Below are positions 1 through 9,676 of a stretch of 64,000 nt of DNA, piece by piece; within the stretch, counting starts at the first letter, position 1, and each line of letters opens with the position of its first letter. Under the pieces are notes generated by a model. That model was not told the origin of the DNA, did not search any database, and worked only from the letters and a program-made list of their open reading frames with translations. The position numbers and the translations under genes were made by a program. Origin of the DNA: an uncultured delta proteobacterium (GTDB lineage: Bacteria > Desulfobacterota > Desulfobacteria > Desulfobacterales > Desulfosalsimonadaceae); contig CAWGYD010000001.1 of NCBI GenBank assembly GCA_963826785.1, positions 512,001 through 576,000 on the forward strand, read 5' to 3'.

Positions 1-321
1 GGTGCCGGGGCTGATACTGGAGCCTGCCAGGGCCAGGTAACGCCCGGCGCGGACCAGGGAACGGTCCTTTCCCCCCCCGATCAAATCGGCCAGGGTGGCC
101 GTGATCTGGGCGAATCCACCGATCCCTTCGGCAAAGAAGCTGACCGCGGTCAACCACCGGTAATGGCTGTGCTTGAGGGCGGGCATATCGTAGTAGGTGG
201 GGCCGTCATATGTCGCCGGCACGTTTTTCAGCGGGGTGGTGATGGGAATGAGATCCCGGTCCGGCCATTGCCTCAGCTGTTCGCCCGGCATGGGTTGCAC
301 CAATTGTTCATGATCCATCAT
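1..321 (-). CDS. NrfD/PsrC-family membrane anchor subunit of the formate dehydrogenase complex (3' end outside window)
   Basis: Not in ORF track. Manual translation from ATG at 321 (RBS CAGGAG): MMDHEQ...TYDGPTYYDMPALKHSHYRWLTAVSFFAEGIGGFAQITATLADLIGGGKDRSLVRAGRYLALAGSSISPGT, resembling the NrfD N-terminus (YY-x2-P-x-LK...W...FF); lies downstream of the Fe-S subunit. Confidence 0.75.
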   Translation of the reverse strand, partial: MMDHEQLVQPMPGEQLRQWPDRDLIPITTPLKNVPATYDGPTYYDMPALKHSHYRWLTAVSFFAEGIGGFAQITATLADLIGGGKDRSLVRAGRYLALAGSSISPGT

Positions 322-400
322 GATCTCCTGTTTCCTGTTTCCTGTTTCCTTTTCCGTTTTGCGCTGTAAACGAAAGCGCTTCTATGGCCAATCCGCCCGA

Positions 401-574
401 ACACCCCCCTGGCCCCCCTCAAGGGGGGATTCAGATTTAATTCCTCCTCACCCGAAGGGGGATGGAGAAACTTTAATTCCATCCTCCAAAGTGGGATTTA
501 GCCATTAAAATTAGAACCCCTTCAGATGGAACCGAGCGCTAATTCCCCCCTCGAGGGGGGATAAAGGGGGGTGT
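401..574. repeat. REP/REPIN-like cluster of CCCCCCTC(A/G)AGGGGGG palindromes bounded by ACACCCCCC...GGGGGGTGT
   Basis: Directly visible; intact units at both ends, degenerate units inside; same family as clusters at 4825, 15873, 20610, 21801 and 62896. Confidence 0.85.
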
Positions 575-638
575 CGCTGCCGGGCAGATTGCAAACTATT
601 TTTGTTTTTAAAAGCACTGAACAGCCATGATCATTTCG

Positions 639-1559
639 CTATCGCCGGGCGGCAAGGGCCATGGCGGCTGCCGCCGTCAGCCCCGCCACTGCGGCCACCC
701 CGCTGCCCAGGCTGGACCGGATCCGGGGGGCGGCCAGCCGCGGGTTGGCGGGCAAGTTGTATACTTCCGGAGGCGCCAGGAGCAGGAAAAAGGCGTGGAG
801 CGCCTCCACGCCCCCGGTGGCCCCGGGTCCGCCGGGAACCCCGTACAGGTAGGCTTCCTTTCTCCCCATCTCCCTGAGGCGCGCAGCCCGGGCGTACGCC
901 CGATCCACCAGTTCTTCCACCTCGCCGAACTGGATGGAATTGGTGGGGCAGGTCTTGGCGCAGGCCGGCTCCAGCCCGCCTTTTAACCGGTCGTAGCACA
1001 GGGTGCACTTGTGGGCCTTGCCGTCGCGCAGGTTCAGCTCGATCACCCCGAAGGGGCAGGAGGGGACGCAGTAGGCGCAGCCGTTACAGATATCCTCCTG
1101 GACCACCACCGTGTTAAATTCGGTGCGGAACAGGGCGCCGGTGGGGCAGGCCTCCAGGCAACCGGCGCGTTTGCAGTGCTTGCATACATCGCTCATCATC
1201 AGCCAGTGGCTCTGGAAGGGCTTGAGGTGCGTGGCCCGGTGCCCTTCCCGGTCCTTGATCATTTCCACAAACGCCACATGCCGCCAGGTGGCGGCGGACA
1301 AAGCCCGGGTATTGTCGTAGCTCATCCCGGAGATGGCGATCTTGTCCGCGGGCAGGGCGTTCCATTCCTTGCAGGCCACTTCGCAGGCCTTGCACCCGAT
1401 GCACAGGCTGGTGTCGGTGAAAAATCCGTAAGACTTGCCGGGCCGAATGGTCACCCCGGCGGAAAGTTCGGATTCATCGGGGATCATGGCGTTCATGATG
1501 GAATCGGTATAGTCCCTGGCCCGGGGATGGACCGGGGGCGGATAGAGTGGGCCGGTCAT
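639..1559 (-). CDS. fdhB: formate dehydrogenase iron-sulfur (beta) subunit, four Fe-S clusters, C-terminal TM helix
   Basis: CIGCKACEVACK, CKHCKRAGCLEACP, CNGCAYCVPSCP and KCTLC...C...CP motifs; ATG at 1559 overlaps the alpha-subunit stop (ATGA) with RBS AGGAGG. Confidence 0.9.
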   Translation of the reverse strand: MTGPLYPPPVHPRARDYTDSIMNAMIPDESELSAGVTIRPGKSYGFFTDTSLCIGCKACEVACKEWNALPADKIAISGMSYDNTRALSAATWRHVAFVEMIKDREGHRATHLKPFQSHWLMMSDVCKHCKRAGCLEACPTGALFRTEFNTVVVQEDICNGCAYCVPSCPFGVIELNLRDGKAHKCTLCYDRLKGGLEPACAKTCPTNSIQFGEVEELVDRAYARAARLREMGRKEAYLYGVPGGPGATGGVEALHAFFLLLAPPEVYNLPANPRLAAPRIRSSLGSGVAAVAGLTAAAAMALAARR

Positions 1560-4500
1560 AGGATCCTCCTGGTTCTTTTTTCCTTGAACAGGTTGCAGGT
1601 AAAGGCCTTTCCTTCGTGGATGGAGGTGTTGGGCTCCCCCACGACGGCGGTCAGGGTATTGGCGATATCGCCGGTGGCGTACCCCTGCCATCCGAAATGC
1701 CAGGGCATGCCGATCTGGTAGATCCTCTGGCCGTTGCTGTAAAAGGGGCGCAGCCGATGGGTTACCAGCACCCGGGCCCGGACCTGTCCCCGGGCGGTGG
1801 CCAGCACCGCCCAGTCGAGGTTGGCCAAATCCTTTTCACGGGCCAGCTCCGGGGGGATCTCGATGAAGCCCTCGGGCATCAGCTCCGCAGTGATGGGGGT
1901 CATGCGGGTGGGAATGGCGCCCGAGTGGTGTTCGGTGAGCCGGTAGGTGGTCATGGCATAGGGGTAGTCCGGGTCGGCCGGGGCATGGTAGGGATTGCTT
2001 TGTCTCACCCATTTCCGGGCCGCCGGGTTGTCCTGCTGTTTGTAGAGCAGGTTGATCACCGGCGACTCCACCGGCTCATAGTGGGTGGGCAGCGGCCCAT
2101 CCTTCAATCCCGACGGGACAAACAAAGATCCTTTGCCGTCCGATATCATGATGAAGGGGGATTTGCCGTCAATGGCCGCCATCCCCTCCGGGTTTTTGGA
2201 CCAGTCCGGTGTCATGCCCGGGGGCTTGGATTTGGAAAAGTCGGGCACGTCGGGCCCATCCCATTTTTCCTTTTCCGCATTCCAGAACATGTAGGATTTT
2301 TTTGCAGACCATGGCTTTCCCGCCGGGTCGGCCGAGGCCCGGTTGTACAGGATGCGGCGGTTGTCCGGCCAGGAGAAGGCCCAGTTGAGGTGCGTCCCCG
2401 GCCCGTCGGCGCCGTCGGGCACCCGGGAGCGGGACCGGTTGTCCCCGTCTTCGGGAAAGATGCCGGAATAGATCCAGCACCCGCAGGCCGTGGAGCCGTC
2501 CGCCTTGATGCTCTTGATGCCCGAAATCTGCTTTTTGTCCGGCCAGGTATATCCGTTGATCTCCTTTAACACCGCCTCGGCCGATGGGTCGCGGTTCTCC
2601 CCCATCTCCGGGTAGTCCCAGGTGAGGGTCTGGATGGGCACGTCCTTTTGATCGGTGCTGTCCCGGTACAGCGCTTTGAGTTTCTTTCCCAGGTGGTAGA
2701 TGAACCAGAGATCGGAGCGGCAGTCGGCCGGCGGCTCCACCACCTTGTCGTGCCACTGGATCAGGCGGTGCAGGTTGGTGTAGGTGCCGTCCTTCTCTCC
2801 CGGCAGGGAGGCCGGCAGCATGAAAATCTCCGTCTGGATCTCGTGGGTTTTTAACGTCCCGTCAGCGATTTCCGGCGACTTGTACCAGAAGGAGGCGGTC
2901 TCGTTTTCAAAGATCTCCCGGACCACCATCCATTCCAGGTTGGGAAGGGCCTTGCGGATCATCTTGCTGTTTGATCCGCCGACCACCGGGTTCTGGCCGA
3001 TCAGGAGCAGGCCCCGGATGACCCCCGAATTGATGGCAAGGGTCATGGGCAGCTGACTGTGATCCCCCATGATCTTGGGGATGCGGTCAAATCCCCAGCC
3101 GTTTTCCGCCCCGGCGCTGTCCCCGTACCAGGCCCGAAGCAGGCTGACGGTGAATTTGGGGAAGTTGTGCCAGTACCCGGTGGGCACGGTTTCGGATTCG
3201 ATGTATTTTTCAAAGGTGTGGTGATAGGGTTTTCGGGCGTTGGGATGCCGCAGGTATCCCGGCAGCATGTTGTACAGGGTGGGGATGTCCGTGCTCCCCT
3301 GGATGCTGCAGTGTCCCCGCAGGGCCAGGATGCCGCCGCCGGGCCGGCCGATGTTGCCCAGCAGGAGCTGGATGATGCCCGCGGCCCGGATGATCTGCAC
3401 CCCGGTGGTGTGATGGGTCCAGCCCACCGCATAGGAGAACGCGCCGGTCTTCTCCGGCCCGCTGTTTTTCGCCAGGGCCTCGGCCACGGAGAGGAAGGTT
3501 TCTTTCGGGCACCCGGTGACCTTCTCCACCATCTCCGGCGTGTAGGCGGCATAATGGCGCTTTAAAATCTGGTAGACGCAGTTTTTATGCTGCAGGGTCA
3601 GGTCCTTGGGGATTTCCCCCTTGCTGAATCGCTTGAGCTTCTCGCTGTAGGATTCCCCGGTGCTCACCTGGTGTTCGGTCAGTGAAGAGGGGACGACCTC
3701 CCCCCGGTACTGCCAGGAGGCCATGTCATAGGAGCGGGTGTCGGCGTCCCACCCGGAAAACAGGCCGTCCAGGTCCGAGGCGTCCTTGAATTCATCGGAG
3801 ATGATGGTGGCGATATTGGTGTAATTTAAGGCATATTCCTTGAACCACAGGTCGTTTTCCAGGATGTAGTTGATGATGCCGCCCAGAAAAGCGATGTCGG
3901 TCCCGCAGCGGATGGGGGCGTAGATGTCGGACAGTGCCGAGGTGCGGGTGAATCGCGGATCCACGTGGATGACCGTCGCCCCCCGCTCTTTTGCCTGCAG
4001 CACGAACCGGAAGGTGATGGGGTGGCATTCGGCCATGTTTGACCCCATGATCACGATGCAGTCGGTGTTGGCCAGGTCCCACTGGGCGGTGGTGGAGGCC
4101 CCCCTGCCGAAGCTTGCGCCCAGACCGGGCACGGAAGCGCTGTGTCAGACCCGGGCCTGGTTTTCCACCCAGACCATGCCCAGGCCGCCGGCGCAGAGCT
4201 TCTTGATGAGATAGTTCTCCTCGTTATCCAGGGTGGCGCCCCCCAGTTCGGCCAGGGCCAGGGTGTGGTTGACGACTGTGCCGTCCGGGAGCGTCTCCAC
4301 AAACGTTTCGTCCCGGGTCTGCTTGATCTTCTCGGCAATCCGGTCCATGGCCCAGTCAAGCGGCTTGTCCTCCCAGTGGTCGGAATAGGGCGCCCGGTAT
4401 TTCACCGTGGTCAGGCGCTGGGGGCTGGAGCAGCCACCCGAAGGTGGCCGCCCCTTTGGGGCACAGGGTTCCCTGGTTGATGGGGCTTCTGGGGTCGCCC

Positions 4501-4736
4501 TCCATGTGGATGATGTCTTCCCCCCTGGCATAGACCAGCTGGGCACACCCCACTGCACAATACGGGCATATGGAGGTGCCCACCCGGTCGGCCTCCTCCA
4601 GGCGCGGCCGCAGCCGCCGGGACAGATCCGATTCGGCGGCTTTGCCCAGCGGGTCCTCGCCCGCCATCTGTTTGGGAAGCGACCAGTTGCGGCGCACTTT
4701 TCCTGCTCTGTCGTTGTCGTTTTGCTTTTCCGGCAT
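1556..4736 (-). CDS. fdhA: Mo/W formate dehydrogenase alpha subunit, selenocysteine-containing; one apparent frameshift near 4428
   Basis: Three ORF pieces join: 4356..4736 (CPYCAVGC...LCPKGA Fe-S motif), 4145..4558 (PQRLTTVKYRAP...NQARV) and in-frame TGA-HSASVPGLGASFGRGA into 1556..4132 (GSNMAECHP, LRGHCSIQG, TYRLTEHH). Confidence 0.9.
4112..4147 (-). promoter_or_regulatory. in-frame UGA (Sec) codon and bacterial SECIS hairpin
   Basis: TGA CAC AGC GCTTCC GTGCCC GGTCT GGGCGC AAGC: upper stem GUGCCC/GGGCGC, GU-containing loop, lower stem GCUU/AAGC, at the ARV-U-H active-site position. Confidence 0.85.
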
Positions 4737-4824
4737 GACTTCTCCTGTATTCCGTTCGAATTTTCGGGGAACTTAATCCGCCAGGTGTTTTAATACGTTG
4801 ATTTTTGGGCTTCCCGCAGGTCCG

Positions 4825-5003
4825 ACACCCCCCAAGCCCCCCTCAAGGGGGGAATCAGGAAGGGGTGCCCCCCCTCGAGAGGGGAATTGAGAAGGGGCCG
4901 CCCCACTGATATATTTATCCCCCCCTTCGTCCCTCTCAATGGGGAATAAAGGAGGGGCGGCTCCCCAGTTATACTCCCCCCTTGAGGGGGGCAGGGGGGG
5001 TGT
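4825..5003. repeat. REP/REPIN-like palindrome cluster (about 5 units)
   Basis: ACACCCCCC...CCCCCCTCAAGGGGGG...CCCCCCTCGAGAGGGG...CCCCCCTTGAGGGGGG...GGGGGGTGT. Confidence 0.85.
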
Positions 5004-5063
5004 GCCGACGGCATCCGATGCAAAAACCGCTGGGCGGGGCGCAATGCTTCAAAGGAAGTTCCA

Positions 5064-5300
5064 TTAGCTGAGCGGCTGCACCTTGTGCGCAATTCCCGAG
5101 GCCAGGTTCGGCTCCCCCTCGTACTGGACCATGACCGGTATCTTGAACTTGTGCCAACGGTTCAGCTCCAGGTTGCCCACCGGGGCGGAATGCGAAAGGG
5201 TGAGCAGGTGCCGCCGGCCGACGGCGTCCTTGATCTGAAAACGGTTCTCCTGCACCAGCAGAATTTGGCCGTGGGTCTGTTTGAGCGGTTCTTGCGCCAT
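5064..5300 (-). CDS. small hypothetical protein (78 aa) upstream of fdh alpha
   Basis: Protein-like composition (GQILLVQENRFQIKDAVGRRHLLTL...VMVQYEGEPNLASGIAH); co-oriented between narK and fdh. Confidence 0.6.
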   Translation of the reverse strand: MAQEPLKQTHGQILLVQENRFQIKDAVGRRHLLTLSHSAPVGNLELNRWHKFKIPVMVQYEGEPNLASGIAHKVQPLS

Positions 5301-5543
5301 ATTATGGATCCTTTCTATTCAGATAAGCATAATAATCGGTGTGAAGGGCCGGCATTATGGATTGACGGTATTTTGGAAATTGAAGGGGTGTATTTGACCG
5401 CAGAAACAGCGGGGCCGCTCACGCAGGCAGGCGGCATCCGGCCGGTCCCGGGGCTTTGGTGATGCCTGCCATCACCATGTGGATCAATAATCTATTGGAA
5501 AAAAGACGAGATTCGGATGGTTATAGAGAATTGAAAGAGAGGA

Positions 5544-6848
5544 TCATGCTTCCCGGTCGGCCCCTTTACGGATGAGCAAAAACAGCAGGCCCAGGGCAAT
5601 GGCGGAGAGGACGACAAAGACCCAGAATCCCTGGCTGTAGCCCATGTCCGGCGACCATTTGACGAACAGGCCCATGGCCGGGGGGATGACAAACCCGCCG
5701 AATGCGCCCAGCCCGCCCACGATGCCGGATGCGCCGCCCACCGCCGCGGGGCTGTATCGGGGGACCAGCTTGAACACGGCGGCATTGGCAAATCCCATGC
5801 CCAGTGCCATGATCATCTGGCCGGCAAAGGCCAGTGCCGCAGACGCGGTGACCATCACCATCATCACCGCGCCGGCCCCGGTAATGACAAAAGAGGCCAG
5901 CACCATCTTCTCCCCGCCCGCCTTGTCGGCGGCCCATCCCCCCGCCACCCGCAGCAGCGATGAAGAAAGGGAATAGCCGGCGGTCAGGAATCCGGCAGTG
6001 ACGATGCCGGTCTTGAAGAACTCGGACCAGTAGGTGGGAAACCAGACGGTGAGCGCAATGAACCCGCCGAAGGTGGTGAAATAGAAAAAGGTCAGCACCC
6101 AGGTGCGCCAGTCGGCGGCGGCTTTTTTGATGGAGTCCGTGGCGTTTCCGGACGGAACCAGCTCTTCGCCGCAGGCGTTGAGCAGGGCATCCCTGTCGAT
6201 CTCGATCCCCATTTCCCGGTACTGGAAGTAAGGGGCGTCCTTCATGAAGATCATGACCAGGATAAACAGGAGCATCACCGATAAAAACCAGGACAGGTAG
6301 GAAATGGTAAACCCCATGAAGGCCACCATGGAGGGCAGGGCCATGGCAAACAGCCCCGGGGCGAGGTTTCCCAGGCCGGCATACGCCGCCAGCGCCGAGC
6401 CCTGCTTCTTCTGGGGATACCAGTAGGAAACCGTGGGAATCCCCACCGAAAATACGGCGATGCCGCACCCGCACAGGACGCCGGAAAATAAAAACAGCGG
6501 ATACTGGGTGATGGTGGGCGAGGGGTAGAGGGCGAACAGGGCCATGATGGCAAACACCCCCAGCCCGGCCAGGCCCAGCAGGACCAGGATCGGCTTCTTG
6601 CCCCCGGTCCGGTCCACCATGGCCCCGAATGGAATCCGCAGCAGGGACCCGGTCAGGGCGGGGCAGGAGGAGAGCAGCCCGATGAGAAACGCGCCGATGT
6701 CCATGGATTCTTTTATCCGGTGAACAATGGGGCCAAAAGCGCTCACCCCGGCAAACCCGCCGAAAAAAGCCAGGGTGGTCCAGGCCAGGGCCGCCCCTTT
6801 GCTGGATTTGGCATGACAGACAGCGCCGTCTGAGTTGGGTTCAGTCAT
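5544..6848 (-). CDS. narK: nitrate/nitrite MFS transporter
   Basis: GSLLRIPFGAMVDRTGG, GIPTVSYWYP...GSALAAYAGLGNL, YFTTFGGF and GIVGGLGAFGGF nitrate signature regions; follows narI. Confidence 0.9.
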   Translation of the reverse strand: MTEPNSDGAVCHAKSSKGAALAWTTLAFFGGFAGVSAFGPIVHRIKESMDIGAFLIGLLSSCPALTGSLLRIPFGAMVDRTGGKKPILVLLGLAGLGVFAIMALFALYPSPTITQYPLFLFSGVLCGCGIAVFSVGIPTVSYWYPQKKQGSALAAYAGLGNLAPGLFAMALPSMVAFMGFTISYLSWFLSVMLLFILVMIFMKDAPYFQYREMGIEIDRDALLNACGEELVPSGNATDSIKKAAADWRTWVLTFFYFTTFGGFIALTVWFPTYWSEFFKTGIVTAGFLTAGYSLSSSLLRVAGGWAADKAGGEKMVLASFVITGAGAVMMVMVTASAALAFAGQMIMALGMGFANAAVFKLVPRYSPAAVGGASGIVGGLGAFGGFVIPPAMGLFVKWSPDMGYSQGFWVFVVLSAIALGLLFLLIRKGADREA

Positions 6849-6919
6849 AAGCTCCCCGTGTTCTTTCGGGTTTCATTGACGGTTCATCAAAAGTCCCAAA
6901 GTCCCGGAAAAAAGTCCGC

Positions 6920-7597
6920 CTACATCTCCCCCGCCCGCCGGCGGAAAACCACGTACCGGCGAAACACGTATGTCACCGGGATGCTCCAGATGTGCACCAG
7001 CCGGGTAAACGGGCTGTATGCCAGCAGGGCCAGGGCCAGGGTGATGTGAAGCTTGAAGGAGACCGGCGCGGCGGCCATCAGTTCCGGTCTGGGGGCCAGC
7101 ACCAGGATGCTGCGGATCCAGGGGGCTACCTTGAACAGCACATCGTATTTGGCAAACAGCAGGTTGTAGAGCCCCAGACCCGACACCAGCAGCAGAAACA
7201 GCAGCAGAAAATAATCGTTTTTCGATGTCGTGGCGAAGATCCGCCCGCGGAGAGTCCGCCGCACCAGCAGCCAGAAGACCCCGAAAACCATGAGGACGCC
7301 GGACAGCAGTCCCAGCCAGCGGGCCACCAGTTCATGGCGGTGGGTATCGAATCCAATCACGTCGTAGAGCGCCTGGGGGATCAGCATCCCGCCGAAGTGG
7401 CCCAGAAAAACGATGATCACCCCCCAGTGGAAAATACTGATGCCGTACCGGAGACTGCTTTTGTCGAGAAGCTGGCTCGACTTGGCATTCCAGTGGGTCC
7501 AGTCGGTGGCGTAGCGAAAGGCGTGGCCGACCACGAACAGGGTCAGCGCCAGGTACGGAAAAATGAGAAATGCCGCAATATTGATGGTTTCAGCCAT
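6920..7597 (-). CDS. narI: respiratory nitrate reductase gamma subunit (cytochrome b)
   Basis: WNAKSSQLL, FHWGV..VFLGHFGG, FKLHI and PFTRLVHIWS.P..Y heme-ligand motifs. Confidence 0.95.
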   Translation of the reverse strand: MAETINIAAFLIFPYLALTLFVVGHAFRYATDWTHWNAKSSQLLDKSSLRYGISIFHWGVIIVFLGHFGGMLIPQALYDVIGFDTHRHELVARWLGLLSGVLMVFGVFWLLVRRTLRGRIFATTSKNDYFLLLFLLLVSGLGLYNLLFAKYDVLFKVAPWIRSILVLAPRPELMAAAPVSFKLHITLALALLAYSPFTRLVHIWSIPVTYVFRRYVVFRRRAGEM

Positions 7598-7694
7598 TTT
7601 TCGGTCCGGTGATCATCGTTTTTTTTTGCTTGCCCATATCACTCCGGTAGTGATTTTTGGTTTTCCTGTTCATCCATTGTCTCCCCCCTTTTTT

Positions 7695-8261
7695 TCAAAG
7701 GGGGGCGGGGGGGATTTTTCGCTTGCCCGGCTTCACGCTTTCAAATATCTCGGCCAGGTTTTCAAAAACGCAGCTGTAGGGATTGTCGTTTTCTTTCAAT
7801 CGTCTGGCCAGTTCGGCCACCGGCCGGGCGTAATCGGTCCGGATCCAGTCCAGGTCGCCAAGATCGCACAGGGAGAAAAATTCAAGAACCATGGGAAGAT
7901 AATCCGGCAGTTCCCGGGTGGTCCGTTCAAAGCCGGCCTTTTCGTAGGCTTCGGCAAAGCGCGCCAGGGCCGCCCCCCGCTCCTTGTTGTCGCCATAGCG
8001 GTGGTAGGTCAGGTTCAGGCAGCGGTCCGGATTGAGGTCAAAGGTTTCCGAGTAGGCCTCCTGCAGTTTGAGCAGGGGCGTGTCGAGCAGATATCGGACC
8101 AGGTGATGCAGCCGGTCTTCCCCGGTATCCGCCAGCACCTTTTCCACCCGGGGCCTGGAATAGGCCAGGCTTTCGATCAGATCCTCGTCCGGAAACTGGA
8201 GCAGGGCCGACAGCAGCCGGAACACGTCGCAGATCAGTTTATTGTTGTCTTCGTTTACCAT
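7695..8261 (-). CDS. narJ: nitrate reductase molybdenum cofactor assembly chaperone
   Basis: LQEAYSETFD, LNLTYHRYGD..ERG..L and ELPDYLPMVLEF motifs; position between narH and narI. Confidence 0.93.
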   Translation of the reverse strand: MVNEDNNKLICDVFRLLSALLQFPDEDLIESLAYSRPRVEKVLADTGEDRLHHLVRYLLDTPLLKLQEAYSETFDLNPDRCLNLTYHRYGDNKERGAALARFAEAYEKAGFERTTRELPDYLPMVLEFFSLCDLGDLDWIRTDYARPVAELARRLKENDNPYSCVFENLAEIFESVKPGKRKIPPAPL

Positions 8262-9676
8262 CCGAATCCCTCCTCTCCCTGAATGTCGAGCATGTCTGCA
8301 TCCTCAGGTGTTTTCTTGACCGGGAGCACGAACCGGTCCGGGTACTTGGCAATGGCCAGCAATTTGTACATCTCCTTCGCATCTGTTTCCGTCAGGCCGG
8401 TCTGTTCAAGGCCCCCCGCATCGGCCCGGCCGTCCACCTCCATGCCCCGCATGTATTGGCGCAGCGCCATCAGCCGCTTCAGGGACAACCGGACCGGGGT
8501 CTCGTCACCGGCGGCCAGGAGATTGGCCAGGTATTTTACCGGGATGCGCATGGCATCGATCACCTCATCCGGTGTCGCCGCATCGGAAATCCCGCCTTTT
8601 ACCGGGCTCATGGGCGGCACGTACCAGACCATGGGCAGGGTCCTGAACTCCGGGTGCAGCGGCAGGGCCAGCCGCCAGGTTTTAATCAATCGAAACACCG
8701 GCGACCGGCGGGCCGCTTCCAGGTAACCCGGGGGGATCCCCTGTTTTTCCGCGGCCTGCATCACTTCTGCATCACTCGGGTCCAGGATCAGATCCAGGTG
8801 CGCCGGGTAGATCTGCCCGGGGTCTTTCACTGCGGCGGCTTGACCGATCCGGTCCGCATCATAGAGGAGGACGCCCACATAGCGGATGCGGCCCACGCAC
8901 GATTTGGCGCACAGGGTGGTCTCCCCGTTTTCCACCCGGGGATAGCAGAAGATGCATTTTTCAGAGGTCCCCCGCTTCCAGTTGAAATAGACCTTCTTGT
9001 AGGGGCACCCGGACACGCAGTACCGCCACCCCCGGCACCGGGCCTGGTCCACCAGGACGATGCCGTCCTCGTCGCGCTTGTACAGCGCACCGGACGGGCA
9101 GGAGGCCACGCACCCGGGGTTGAGGCAGTGTTCGCACAGCCGGGGCAGCCAGAACATGAACACCCGCTCAAATTCCAGGTAAGCCTTGGCGTCGATCCCG
9201 TCGAAATTGACGTCCCCGCCGCCGGTTTCCACCGTCCCGGCCAGGTCGTCTTCCCAGTTGGGTCCCCACTTGATGCGCATGTGTTTTTTCGTGATCACCG
9301 AATGGGGGCGGATGGCCGGCTGGTGCTTTTTCCGGGGGCTGTCGGTCAGATGCTGGTAGTTATAGTCCCAGGGTTCATAGTAATCGTCGATGGCAGGCAG
9401 ATCGGGGTTGTTGAAGATGCGGGCCAGTTTGTAGAAGCGGCTGCCGGCCTTCAAACGGAGCCGCCCGTTTTTCTCCTCCCATCCGCCCCGGTAGATCGCC
9501 TGGTTTTCCCATTTTTTGGGATACCCGATTCCCGGCTTGGTTTCCACGTTGTTGAACCAGATGTACTCGGCCCCTTCCCGGCGGGTCCACACGTTCTTGC
9601 AGGGGAGGCTGCAGGTGTGGCATCCGATGCACTTGTCCAGGTTCAACACCATGGCGGTCTGCACCTTAATCTTCAT
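8255..9676 (-). CDS. narH: respiratory nitrate reductase beta subunit
   Basis: LNLDKCIGCHTCS.PCKNVW, WFNNVETKPG.GYP, LPRLCEHCLNPGCVASCP, CRGWRYCVSGCPYKK and LPLHPEFRTLPMVWYVPP. Confidence 0.97.
   Translation of the reverse strand: MKIKVQTAMVLNLDKCIGCHTCSLPCKNVWTRREGAEYIWFNNVETKPGIGYPKKWENQAIYRGGWEEKNGRLRLKAGSRFYKLARIFNNPDLPAIDDYYEPWDYNYQHLTDSPRKKHQPAIRPHSVITKKHMRIKWGPNWEDDLAGTVETGGGDVNFDGIDAKAYLEFERVFMFWLPRLCEHCLNPGCVASCPSGALYKRDEDGIVLVDQARCRGWRYCVSGCPYKKVYFNWKRGTSEKCIFCYPRVENGETTLCAKSCVGRIRYVGVLLYDADRIGQAAAVKDPGQIYPAHLDLILDPSDAEVMQAAEKQGIPPGYLEAARRSPVFRLIKTWRLALPLHPEFRTLPMVWYVPPMSPVKGGISDAATPDEVIDAMRIPVKYLANLLAAGDETPVRLSLKRLMALRQYMRGMEVDGRADAGGLEQTGLTETDAKEMYKLLAIAKYPDRFVLPVKKTPEDADMLDIQGEEGFGW

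Noticed and set aside
327..355. CCTGTTT x3 heptamer repeat near the NrfD-like RBS
   Set aside because: Too short to argue phase variation or function.
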